Assembly: GCA_002104945.1 (NCBI GenBank)
Contig: MCFH01000040.1
Location: forward strand, 62,001 to 126,000
Length of the DNA: 64,000 bases
Direction: 5' to 3'
DNA from: Piromyces finnis finn
Taxonomy: Eukaryota; Fungi; Neocallimastigomycota
The notes below the pieces were generated by a model, which saw only the letters and a list, made by a program, of their open reading frames with translations, was not told the DNA's origin and ran no database searches. Position numbers and translations under genes: made by a program. Shown piece after piece: positions 51,654-64,000 of the stretch; the first letter of the stretch is position 1; each line of letters begins with the position of its first letter.

Positions 51654-53657
51654 ATGAAAATAAGTTTTGCTCTTTTAGCAGCTGCTTTAACTTACAAAAC
51701 AGTTTCAGCTTCTTGCTTCTCTGAAGCCTTAGGATATGAATGCTGTAAAGGTTGCACTGTAATCACAACTGATGAAAGTGGTAAGTATCAAAAAAAAAAA
51801 AAAAAAAAATAAAAAATAAAAAAAATAAAAAATATTTAGATTAAAAATTTATTAATTATTATACTTTCAAATTATTAATTTAGGTGATTGGGGTGTTGAA
51901 AATAATGAATGGTGTGGTATTCCAACTAGTTGTAAGGGTGGATCTTCCGCTGCATCTTGCTGGTCTCTTCCAGGTAATAAATAATGAGCTTTTTATAGGT
52001 TATAAAATTATAAATTTTAAAAAACAAAAAGAAAAATTAAATGAAAATATAAAATTAATAAAATTATTAGATTATCCATGCTGTTCTGGAACTGAAATAA
52101 TATATACTGATAGTGAAGGTGATTGGGGTTATGAAAATGATAACTGGTAAGTTTTAAAATAATAATTAATTTTAAATGGTTATTGTGTAATTAATACTAA
52201 TAATGAATGGAAATTAAAATAAATTTAAAAATAATTGATAAAAAAGGTGTGGTATTGTCTCTGAAAAACCATCAGCTACTTGTTGGTCACTTCCAGATTA
52301 CCCATGCTGTTCTGGAAACGCTAGTGTTGAATACGAAGATGAACTTGGTAAATGGGGTATTGAAAATGGAGAATGGTGTGGTATTAAAACTGATAACAGT
52401 AAAACTTCCACAACTACAACAAAGAATGGTAAAACTACTACCACCACTAAAACCGATTACACTCCAACTGATTCCAAGTATAATAAGGATAGAAAACAAT
52501 CACCATACCCAGAAGCCAAGGGTAACTGTGGTTCATGGGCTCTTATTGATAATGTTTGCTGTGCTGAATACTGTGATAATGAAGATTCCACTCAAGGATG
52601 TGGTACTTGTGGTGGTCACGGTTCAGAACATTGTAAGGTTGTTGACAGTTTTGCTTGTAGATCCGGTGATCGTGGATACGATTTTTACGATATTCCAAAT
52701 GAATTCCACTATTCACGTTCCACTCACTTCGGTTTAACCTTTGGTGGTGCCTGTGGTTTCGGTTTATACCAAGTTTGTGGTTCTGATCACAACTACACTG
52801 GTGAATTTGCTACCCTTTGTGATGCTTTCTGCAAAGCTTACCCAACTTTATGTGCTGATCCAGTTGGTCGTACTTACCGTGGTAACTTTGCTGCCCCACA
52901 AGGTAATTACTACACTCAATTCTGGGGTTCATTAGAAGGTGATCAAGATAACTACTTATCTTGTGGTGAATGTTTCGAAGTTTACAGAACTAAAGAAGAT
53001 GGTTCTGATTACAAACCAGGAGAAGAAGGTTACCAACCACCAGTTCTTCTTTCAGTTATTGATTCATGCCCTTGCAGTGCTAATGGTAAGTGGTGTTGTG
53101 GTTCCGAATGGGATCAATGTCAAGAAATTGATTTCAAGTACGGTTGTCCAGTTCCAGAAGACAGTATTCACCTTGATCTTTCTGATATTGCTATGGCTCG
53201 TCTCCAATCAGGTTCTTCCAATGGTGAAATGCCAGCTGGTGTTATTCCAAACAAATACAGAAGAGTTCCATGTCCATCTTTAGGTAACATGTACATCTGG
53301 CTTCGTAAGGATGCTGGTCCATACTGGTTCTCATTCTCTGTTGTTAACTCTGCCGGTTTTGGTGCTATTGCTGTTCTTGAAGCTAAGAATGATGCTGGTG
53401 AATGGGTTAAGATGATTCGTGATCCAAACTACACTATGGCTCGTCCACAAGAACGTTACGGTGTCTGGGTTACTCCACAAGATACTGGACCATACAACCT
53501 TCCAATTGACATTCGTTTAACTGATGGTTCTGGTGTTACTGTTGTTGCTGAAGAAGCTATTAAGTCATTCGATCCACCAGCTGATTCTATTGAAGGATAC
53601 TACTACATTGATATTGGTATTAACTTCCCAGAAATTCCAATTCCAGATCCAGAATAA
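51654..53657 (+). CDS. Swollenin (expansin-like) with three N-terminal fungal dockerins
   Basis: Exons 51654-51780, 51884-51973, 52071-52146, 52247-53657. Signal peptide, three dockerins, Thr-rich linker, then swollenin motifs [73 protein letters not shown]. The ORF track only shows the last 154 aa. Confidence 0.95.
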
Positions 53658-55055
53658 ATTAATTTATAGTTTAATGATAAATAAATTATTATCTTTAAAA
53701 AATAAAAAATTTTCAGGATTTATATTCATTTTTTTTTTACTTTTTAAAAAGAAATAAAGTATATACTAAATTATATGAAATAAAAATGTATATATATAAA
53801 ATATATTGATTATATTTTTTTACATAAATTAAAAAAAAAAAAAATACATTTTATTGTATTATAATATAAAAATAAAGTTACCAAACATATAAAAAAATAA
53901 AAATAATTATTTTTAAAAGTGTTTGTGCGTTTATAGTTTGATATGGTCAGTGAATCAATTTTTATTTGTAGGTTAATTCAAATGATTCTTTTTTTTTTTT
54001 TTTTAAAAAAAAAATAATAATATAAATATTTAGAGAATAATAAATAAAATAAAAATGTATTTCTTTATATTATGAAGGATAATGCTATAAAACATTAATT
54101 CTATCTCTCTATTTTAATTATTAATATTTATTCGTCATTATATTATTTATTTATTTTTTATTATTATTATTATTATAATATCTCGTTTTTATTTTAACTA
54201 GTTTTAAAGTTTATCTTTTCATACTATTATTTCAGATATTACTCTCCCAAAATAGTTTAAAAACTTTAAATACTTTAATATTAATTTATTAATTATTTTT
54301 CCACAAATTTGAGTCATAGAGGTTAATTTAGTCCAATCATCCAATCAAATAAAAAAAAGAAAAAACATTATTGTTAATATTAAATTTTTAAAATTACAAA
54401 AAAAAAAAAAAGAAAATAAAATGATGAGTAATTATCCCTAAAAAAAAAAAAAAAAGGATAATAATAAATAGGCAATAGGAAATAAAATATAATTTATTGT
54501 GAATTGATCTAAAAGAAAAACTAATATTGAATTAATTTTTAAATTTTTTTTAAAGGCTAATCTTTTTAAAATAAAAAAAAAGTTTTTTTTTTTTTTGTAA
54601 GTAGCAATAAAAAAAGTATCCTTCAACAATGATATATAAAATATAAAAATTAAAAATTTTCCTTTAAATATTTGTACATGGTTACAAAAAAATTATCAGC
54701 CACATAACATATTAGGAATTTTTTATTTATATTAATAAATATAAATTAATGAAACTTTAATATTAAAAAATCCCATTATCAAGAAGTAAAAAAAAAAAAA
54801 AGAAAAAAGAAAGAGAATTACTTATTATGAAACCTTTTATTTATTTATATATTTTTTACAACACTTTTTATTATTATTCAATTATAATCATTCATTTTAA
54901 ATTTGTACTATTATTTATTTATTTTTTTTTTTTTTGAATATTAAAAATATGAATTAATGATTATCTTTGTATTATATGTTAATTATTTATTTGGGTATTT
55001 TCCTATATACAATTATAGATATATTTTTTTCAACTTGAGTTATATTTATCAGGAC

Positions 55056-55718
55056 TTAGATAATAATATTATGTTTTGAAGGTTTTTTAATCATAGTATT
55101 ATATTTCTCTACAAGTATCCAATATAAAAATAGGATAGAATACAATAGAAAGATGATAAATCCTGAAAAAAATCTAAAAAAGTAAATATCCAAATTTTGT
55201 TTCCAGTCTTCTCTTGTTGTAGCTTTAATTTTTATTACAATATTATTAACGATATAAAAAATAATGTATAACATAAAAAATGAAGATATATAAACAATAT
55301 TGTATAATTTATTTTTTTGTACAGGATAATTATTATTAAAGTTATGAAAAATGTTCTTTGAAAGTTGAGCGATAACGATAATTAATAATAATGTAAATAT
55401 TATATTGATATAGGAAAAAAGACCATATTTATTTTTATCATATAAATTATTCATAGTGTAACAAATAGATAAAATAAAAGTTGAAATATATATTACTAAA
55501 AGTATTAATTCATATACAAGTCTATGTTTATGTATAGTAAGAGAGGAGGTGTTATTAAAGTCTTTAAATCCATTGATAATTAAAGTTCTTGAATTTGGTG
55601 AATCAATATTTGAAGAATAAGAATCCAGGGTATTTGTTGATTTTTGTGAAGCGTATGGTGGGTATAAAAAATCATTTTTAGCATTTGATATTTTATCGGT
55701 GTATATATTCAAGTTCAT
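55056..55718 (-). CDS. Hypothetical ~4-TM membrane protein
   Basis: Intronless 220-aa ORF with ATG in an A-rich context and four hydrophobic segments; no family recognised. Confidence 0.6.
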   Translation of the reverse strand: MNLNIYTDKISNAKNDFLYPPYASQKSTNTLDSYSSNIDSPNSRTLIINGFKDFNNTSSLTIHKHRLVYELILLVIYISTFILSICYTMNNLYDKNKYGLFSYINIIFTLLLIIVIAQLSKNIFHNFNNNYPVQKNKLYNIVYISSFFMLYIIFYIVNNIVIKIKATTREDWKQNLDIYFFRFFSGFIIFLLYSILFLYWILVEKYNTMIKKPSKHNIII

Positions 55719-56380
55719 TTTTTTATATTATCTTATTTTATAATTGTGGTTAGTTTAATAAAAGAAGAAAAAGAAATAATAAGTTTCATAATTTGAATTA
55801 TTATTTTATTATTTCTTTTATGATAAATAATAATAATTATTTATCATTCCTATTATATTATTATTCTAATTCTTATTATTTATCTATTTTTTTAAAAATG
55901 AAAAAAAAAAAGTTGACTTTTTATATTTTATATTTTTAATTTAATCTCATTAATTTCTCTCTCTTTTTCCTTTACTATTGTTTTTAGTTGAAAATTTTAA
56001 ATTTATTTATTTTTAATTAATTTTACATGGATGTGTTTTTTTTTATATGAAATTTTAATTAAAAAATTTAAAATAATTAAAGATCTAAACATTAATTATA
56101 TATTAATTTTATTACAACAAATTAAAACAAGCCACAATAAATTAGTTCAAAAAATTTTTATTTAAAAAAATAAAAAGATTCAAATGTAAAAGGAAAAAGG
56201 TGGTGTTATAGCAAAATAAGAAAATAAAGATGTTTTAATATTATGAGGGTTGTAATCAAAAATACTATTTCAATTATTTAAAATATAACATTTACAATAT
56301 AATAAAAAGAATACTATTTTTTTATATAATTGATATATCACCGCTACTAATTTAATAATAAACATAAATATAAACATAAT

Positions 56381-56692
56381 AATACTAATACTAATACTAA
56401 TACTAATAATAGTAATAGTAATAGTAATAGTAATAGTAATAGTAATAGTAATAATAGTAATAGTAATAGTAATAGTAATAGTAATAGTAATAGTAATAGT
56501 AATAGTAATAGTAATAGTAATAGTAATAGTAATAGTAATAGTAATAGTAATAGTAATAGTAATAGTAATAGTAATAGTAATAGTAATAGTAATAGTCAAA
56601 GTAATAGTAATAGTAATAGTAATAGTAATAGTCAAAGTAATAGTAATAGTCAAAGTAATAGTAATAGTAATAGTCAAAGTAATAATAATAAT
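56381..56692. repeat. Hexamer array: (AATACT)4 then (AATAGT)n with interspersed CAAAGT variants
   Basis: Read directly; about 50 units. Confidence 0.95.
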
Positions 56693-58475
56693 CTTTTTAG
56701 ATTCATCATAAAAATATACAACTTTCACACATTTTTGCCTTTAATATGTAAAACTAGGAAATTTATTTATTTTTATATTAATGCATTCATTAATATAATT
56801 ACTAGAATTTATTTATATTTATATTTATATATTTTTTTATTTATTTATGGAATAAATTTTTGGTTCTTGAATTTTTATTGGGGGTGTAATTGAATTATTC
56901 ACTATTTAAATTAAAATTCATTATAATTATTATTTTTAATTTAAATTAATGGATTTTGTACCAATAATATCAAAGGAAAATTAATTAAAATTAATGAATT
57001 ACTGGTTCAACATAAAAAAATATTAAATTTTAATTAAAATAAGTATATTGTAAATAATACTAATAATATATTAGTATTGATTCATTAATTATATATTTTA
57101 TTTATATTGTATATATTGTAGTTGATTTATAGCGTTAAAAATATATTAACAATAGAAAAGGTGATTGAAATTATTTTAAGGGTTATTGGCATGGCACATA
57201 AAACATCCCCAAATCTTAACCAGAATTCAAAGCACAAAAGAATATTTTTATACAGAGAAACATGGCAGAAGATATGAAAAGATAAAAATTATAAGAATTT
57301 TATAAAAAAATTTTTTTTTAAAAAAGTTATTTTAAAATTTATACCATTGATAAAAACAACAATTCGATTTAAAATTTAGCATTCTTTTAAGTCTTTTTCA
57401 TTGTTATACCTCATTATTATGGGGGAATCATTAATTATTCATAGTGATTAAACTTTTTTCAATGTAAAAGGAATATCTATTTAAAAAAAAAAAAACAATG
57501 CAAATTTAAATTAATAATAAAAATGAAAATAAATTTTTATACTATAAAAAAATATATTAAAAAATAAATATTTATTATTTATTATAAAATAAATAAATAA
57601 ATAATAAATATTCTTTTTTATATATATATCTTGATTTTTTTTTTTTTTAAAAAAACAAACAAAACAAAAAAAAATATTTCATCTTTTTCAATGCGTTATT
57701 AAACAACAACAACTAAATATTTTAAATATCTATATCTATACGTCTATTTCATTAATACATACAATACATACAATACATACAATACTACAATACATAAAAA
57801 TAAAGTACATCAATTATATAGAAATATATTGTTGTATACCATTTCTTTTTATCAATATTGCATTTTGTAAAATAAACAAGTAATTTTATATATATATATA
57901 TATATATATGTTCAATAATAAATAAATGATATTTACATATCATACAATACATTTTTATTTGCAATAAACAATAAAAAACAGTACTGGAATATTATAAAAT
58001 TCAACTAGTAACATTTTTGTATTGTCTAAAAGAATATAGTTTTTTTTATAAATATTCTAAATAAAAAAAAAACTATTTATTAATTTTTTTGAAAAAGAAA
58101 AGAAAAAAAAAACTTTTCCGAGGCATATTGAAATTATAAAATAATTTGAAATAATACTAAAACTATAACTAGATTATAAAAACAATTTACTTCTGGTTCC
58201 AATAATAGCAATAACAACAATAAAAAAAAAAGCATGAAAAGATAAATAAATAACAAAAGCAAACTATAAACTCGAAATAAACAATTTTTAATATATTCAA
58301 AAGTAGTATTTTCATTAAATATATATACAAAAGTATATATATATGTAAAATCAAATCAAATTATTTAAATATACCTAATATTAAATAAATAATTAAATAC
58401 ATATATACAATCACATATACACCCAATTTTTAAAGCTTTCAAAATTACTTTTATAAAAAATAAAATAAAATAAAA

Positions 58476-58928
58476 ATGAATAGTGATATTCTACCAACAG
58501 CAGTAGGTTATAGTGTATTTGGTTTATTGTCAATTGTAGCAATTATATATATTGTAAAATTTTCAATAGAAATTGATAGAGAAAACTATAGAAATCAATT
58601 AATGAGTAATAATAATGGAAATTATTCAGGAACACTAAAACCAAATATGAATAATGTTAGGATGTCTCCTTCAGTAGATAATAATTCTTCTTTTTCAAGC
58701 CAACCAGACTATAACCGACAATTACCTTATATATCTTCAAATAATACACTAGGTTCAAATCAATTGGCACCCCATAGATTATCTACATTACCTTCACCAA
58801 AATCACCGAGTTCCATTAGTCAACTCAATAATTATATTCCTTCTAATAATTATCAATCATCTCAAGTTTCTTCTCAAACCTCATATAATAATCGTCAATC
58901 ACGGCAATATTTACTTAAAAATTATTAA
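58476..58928 (+). CDS. Hypothetical small single-pass membrane protein with Ser/Asn/Gln-rich tail
   Basis: 150-aa intronless ORF, aaaaATG context, N-terminal TM AVGYSVFGLLSIVAIIYIV, non-random composition. Confidence 0.65.
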   Translation: MNSDILPTAVGYSVFGLLSIVAIIYIVKFSIEIDRENYRNQLMSNNNGNYSGTLKPNMNNVRMSPSVDNNSSFSSQPDYNRQLPYISSNNTLGSNQLAPHRLSTLPSPKSPSSISQLNNYIPSNNYQSSQVSSQTSYNNRQSRQYLLKNY

Positions 58929-59575
58929 GATTTTTATTCTTAATAATTAAAAATATATTTAGAAGCTTTTAATTTTATTTTATATTCAATATTCAATAAT
59001 TATTAGTTTTTTTTTTTTTAAAAAAAAAAAAAAGTGTAAATTAATAGATATTTTCAATCAGCCTTTTAACGAACCAAAAAAAAAAAAAAGTACTTTAAAA
59101 GGAAAAATAATAATTAATAAAAATAAAAAAAATTAAAAAAAAAAAAAATATGCAAGATGATATAGAAAATATATTTACTCCTTTAACTCTTCATTTTTTG
59201 TGTCTCTTTTTACATATAAATATATAATTATTTTCAATTGTAAAATGTTAAACTATTTTTCATTTAGAATATTTCATACTAAAAATTGTTTAAAAATGTT
59301 CCATTGAACATTGACGATAAAATATGAATACCCACGCTATAATGAAAAGTCTACAGAAAAAAAAAGAAATGTATTTATTGAACATTATTCAATTCTTTTT
59401 ATTTTCTTATTTTTATTTTTGTAATTTTTAGTTTATGGTACAATAGAATTTGTTGTTTGTTTAATTATGAGTGGTATTATTGTTGATACTATATATATAT
59501 ATTTTTTGGTTCATTTTTAAAGCTTCTTTTAAAAAAAGAAATTAAAAGAAAATTAGATTAGTAATAACTAAACTT

Positions 59576-61279
59576 TTAATAATCAGAGTCATAATCTGAT
59601 TCAGAGTCATCCTTTTTGGCGAAACCGAAAATTGGTTTTCTTGAAAATGATTCGGTTTCTTTTGATACCCCAATAACGTCTTTATGATTTTGTTAAAAAA
59701 AAAAAAAAGTATTTAGAATAATATTTTTTTATTAATAAAGAGTATCTAAATAATGATGATGATGATGATGATGATGAAATAATAATTATAATATTTAAAA
59801 TATAAAAATATTTTATATTTACTGCTTTTAGATAAACGAGTTTCCAAGAATTTTGTGGTGAAATTATCGGTATTACCAAGTTCTTCAAAACCAATAATTC
59901 TATTAGTATAAAAAATGCATAAAATATATAAAGTATATATACAAAATATTTATAATATAAAAGGATAGGAATTAGAAAAGTTTTAGGGAAGCAACGATAC
60001 TTTTATATAAATAATTTTAAAAGTTGCATACTTTTCTTTAAATTAATTTATTATTTATAAAAAAATAAAAAATAAAAATTACCTATCTACAGCAATACCA
60101 TCAACAAAGGAGAATAAACATGGTAAAACCTTAATTTTCATTTTTACAACCAAGAATGGAGCATTTTCAACATCAATTTTAATAAATTTTGTTTTAAAGT
60201 GCTTTTTAGCAAGTTGCTATCAATAACAATGTATATATATGTGTATATGTATATATGTAAATATAAATGTCTAAATTCCAAATTATGTTTATTTTTGAAA
60301 ATAAAAAAATGAATAAAAGTACTTCTAAATGTCCATCTAAAATTTGACATCTTCTGAAATCCTTATGGAAAAAATGAGCAACAACTCTCTTTTCTTTTGT
60401 TGTGATTTCTAAAGCTTCTTTATCACTTTTAACTTCTTCATAAGTACCGTGTCTATTTAATTTCATTTCATTTAAAGTATCCATTCTATTTTTACATTGT
60501 AAAAATAAATATTATTAAAAAATTTATATAAAGCAATATGATGATATTAATTAATATTTTTTTTCAATAAAATATAATATGAAAATAATTAAAAAATCAT
60601 AAAAGGATTATGACTTTTTAACTATCGATTATATTTTTGATTATTATATGTCTTTTGTGTATTCTCTCTTGAACAATGTTTACATGAATTACTAATATGT
60701 AAAAATGTATGATTCAATTATTAATGAATTATAAATCTTTATATTTTTTTTTAAATAAAAAATTAAAATAAAATAAAAAAGGGAATATTTTAAATTACTG
60801 TTGAAATTTTTTTTCAATATCTATTGATGATTAGGAAAAAAAAAGTACTTTATTATTATTTGTTATTAGACTTTATATAAAAGATTAAACTATTTTGAAT
60901 TCTACTACAATTGATTATTTCTACTTTTTAACATGAACTTTTTTGTTTTCTTTTCATTGATCTTTCTTTCCTTTTCTTTTATTATTATTAACATTATTAT
61001 TATTTGATTTGATTAAAATTTGATAAATTTTTTTTTTTCACATTGATTCAATGACACAATGACACTAATTAATATTGCATTGAAAAGTAAAAAAAAAAAA
61101 AAAAAAAAATAGTTGATTATGAATATAATGTTAAATATTTACTCTTGTTTTAATTCTTTCATACGTTGTTCTCTGAACTTTGCTTCAAATTCATCATCTT
61201 CTTCTTCAAGTTCAGCAAAAATATCATCTTCATCTTTGTATACATCAGTAGTTTCGTAATCCATTTCTGACTTTAACAT
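59576..61279 (-). CDS. PLP1: Phosducin-like protein (Plp1 / TXNDC9 / PhLP3)
   Basis: Five exons: MLKSEMDY..DDIFAELEEE..REQRMKELKQE | HGTYEEV..VVAHFFHKDFRRCQILDGHLE | LAKKHFKTKFIKIDVENAPFLV.KMKIKVLPCL | IIGFEELGNTDNF | acidic tail ending DSDY*. Confidence 0.92.
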
Positions 61280-61889
61280 TTATCTAATAATATATATATA
61301 TTTTTAATTTAAATAATATATTGAATAAAATAAAATGATTATGATATTTATATAATTATTATTATTATTAATTAAAATAATAATAGAAAAAGAGTTTACT
61401 TTTATATTTGATATATAATTATATAGAACTTTTTTTTTTTTTTTTGAATTAAGTTTATATTTAAAAAGAAAAGTGTTTTTTTTTTTTTTTTTTTTTTTTT
61501 TTGATTAAATATAAAAATTTAATTAAAAATACTTGAATAAAAATTTTAATTAAAAATTTCTATTTATTAATTTATTATCAAAAAAAAAAAAAAAAAAAAA
61601 AAAGAATGAATAAAAACTGTGAAAGAGTTTAAAAGTTTATTCTTTTTAAAGGTTTAAAAAAAATAAAAAGAAAAAAGATAAAAATTTTTAAAAGAATATA
61701 CAGAATATATATATAAAAAACGATTTCTTATTCATTCCTTTGCATCATCATCTTTCGAAAATAAAATATAATTTCAACAAATACAACTATTAACCTAATA
61801 TATATTAATAATTTTATTTCTTCTTTTTAAAATAAAGTCAAGGGATTAACACGTTTTTAATTCAATAAATAAAAAAAAAGGTGATATAA

Positions 61890-62003
61890 ACCACAATAAT
61901 AACCACAATAACAATAATAGTAGTAGTAATAGTAATAGTAGTAGTAATAGTAATAGTAATAGTAATAGTAGTAGTGGTGGTGGTGGTGGTAGTAGTAATA
62001 ATA
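61890..62003. repeat. Compound trinucleotide microsatellite (AAT/AGT/GGT)
   Basis: Read directly. Confidence 0.85.
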
Positions 62004-64000
62004 ACCTCACCAGCGACATTAACAATTAACAGAAATAATAAAAGTTTTTTGTTATATCAAATTTGAAAACTTTTAAAGTATAGACTATTCAGTATAATAT
62101 TTTTTTAAAAAAAAATAAAGAATATTACTATATTATTACTTTTATATTTTATTTGTTATAAAAGGTATGTAAATAGATTCATAGTATTTATGGAATACTA
62201 CAAACTATACCATTCAATTTTAATCAAAACTTTTTATCAATTATTTTTAAATCATTATCAAGAAATAATTTTTATACTATTTCTTTTTTTTTTTTACATT
62301 GTAATTAATGCTATTAACGATTTCCTTAATTTCATGAATATTGATATTATTATAAATATTCCTATTATTGCCTGAAGAGAATGGATTTAAATTTTTTATT
62401 ATAAAGTCAAAATTTAATAGCTATTGCCTAAATCTTTATATAAAACATTCTTTCTCTTGATTCTATACCCACTACCAAAATTATCTAATTTATATATATT
62501 TAAATAATGAAATATATAAATTTTTTTGTAGTTCTTTTTAATTTTAATTTTAATCATCGTTTCCACCTTTTACTATTCATTATTCTTTCTTTTCTACTTT
62601 TATCTTTTTTTAAAATGTTACATTTACCCTTGATTCTTTTTTCAAAATTTTTAAATTTTCACATTTTTGATAATAAATTTTATTTTATATAAAAATTAAA
62701 GAAAAAGTTTTAATGTTACACAATTCATTTATAAATTTATTAATAATTTTGTTTTAATATAAAGTTAAATTAATATTAAAGTTTAATTAATATAAAATAA
62801 GGTTTTCAACCTTTATTATTTTTTAATAAAACAAGTTTCCTTTTTTATTAATTATAAATTTTTTTGTATTATAGAAAATAAATTAAATATTATAGAATAT
62901 ATTCTAATATATTGATAATATTAACATGAATAATTAAGATAATATAATAATTTAATCAACTTTATTATTATTCTTCTTTTCAAGATATATTAAATTTTAA
63001 ATCTTAATTTCATGTTCACTTTGATTCTGTTGACAATAAAATAATATATTATAATATATTAACAATTTTATTTGAAATAATAATAAATATACTAGTAATA
63101 TATGACAGTTTAACATTTTAATTATAAAATTCATATATTTTTTATGTGATGTAATATAAAACATTATTTAAAACATTTATAATAAAATTTTGTAATCATT
63201 TTTTAAAAAGAAAAAAATCTTTTTAAATTGATTTTAATTTTTATATATATTGTATTACATTAATATATTATAATAATTAAAATTTTTCAAATCATTTTTT
63301 TTGGTGCTTTTTTATGGTGTTTTGATTTTTTGTTTTGGTTTTAGTTTATGGTATTGTTATATTCCTAGATATCTTTTTTAGGAATAAAATTTATATTATA
63401 TTTACTAAATATATGCTTTAACTTTTTTTTTTTTTTTTCCTATTTTTCATCTTTAGAAATTTCAAAATTTTGATTAAAAAAAAAAAGATTGATTATATAT
63501 ATTCTAATTATATATATAATAATAAATAAATATAAAAAGAAACATTGAAAGAAATAAACCTTTTTTTTTTTCATTGTTTTCATTTGTTTTTATTTTGGTC
63601 TTTTATAAATATTTAATACATTAATTATTGTTTAAAATTTATAATTAATTTTTTATTTTTCATTTTAAATTTTATAAGCATTTAATATATATATATTTTT
63701 AATAATTAGTAATATTAATCGTAACAACAATTAATATTCATTGTATATATAAAATAAAAATCAATAATCTATTTAATGTATTAAATTAAGAAGAAACGAT
63801 TACCTCGTTAAAATCCAGAAAATTGAAAAAAAAAAAAAAAAAAGGAAATCATAACAATAAAAACATAGAAAGTTTAACATACTAATTAGTTTCAAATATA
63901 TAACTTAAAAAAATAAAACAGCAATAAAAGTTGAAAAAAAAACAAATAGAATAGATTTATAAATATAAACATATATGTAAGATACCAATAAATTATAAAA

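Noticed and set aside
56270-56728. 152-aa (IT)n ORF
   Set aside because: Stop-free reading of the AATAGT array; no protein-like sequence.
57191-57277. 28-codon ORF MAHKTSPNL...WQKI in a slightly GC-richer patch
   Set aside because: Too short, no motif, no splice support.
62190-62700. Possible exons on either strand near the right end
   Set aside because: Could not join them into an open spliced frame; ORF-track products look like AT-rich noise.

Overview
Very AT-rich, intron-dense eukaryotic DNA. Fungal dockerin domains on two secreted carbohydrate-active proteins point to an anaerobic gut fungus (Neocallimastigomycota). The supplied ORF track is fragmented by GT-AG introns, so genes were rebuilt by hand from splice sites. 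Left to right: 5' end of an SPX-domain gene (-), a type I membrane protein (-), a decayed LINE fragment, a dockerin-GH45 endoglucanase (-), ADA3/NGG1, ALG11, a ~10 kb gene of 12 tandem MATH/TRAF-like domains each built from the same three exons, ATG6/Beclin, DTWD1, a 3xRRM + SPOC (SPEN/RBM15-like) gene (-), a ZC4H2-like coiled coil with no zinc finger, a non-RD CK1-like kinase behind ~1,180 aa of Asn/Gln-rich sequence, a 5'-truncated LINE with poly(A) and a target-site duplication that appears to sit in the 3' end of an older copy of itself, a triple-dockerin swollenin, two small orphan membrane proteins and a phosducin-like PLP1/TXNDC9 gene (-). No tRNA, rRNA or CRISPR array was seen. The best candidates for new biology are the frame-symmetric 12-module MATH array, the RRM-SPOC protein and the self-nested retroelement. 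All homology calls are from motif recognition by eye; no searches were run.
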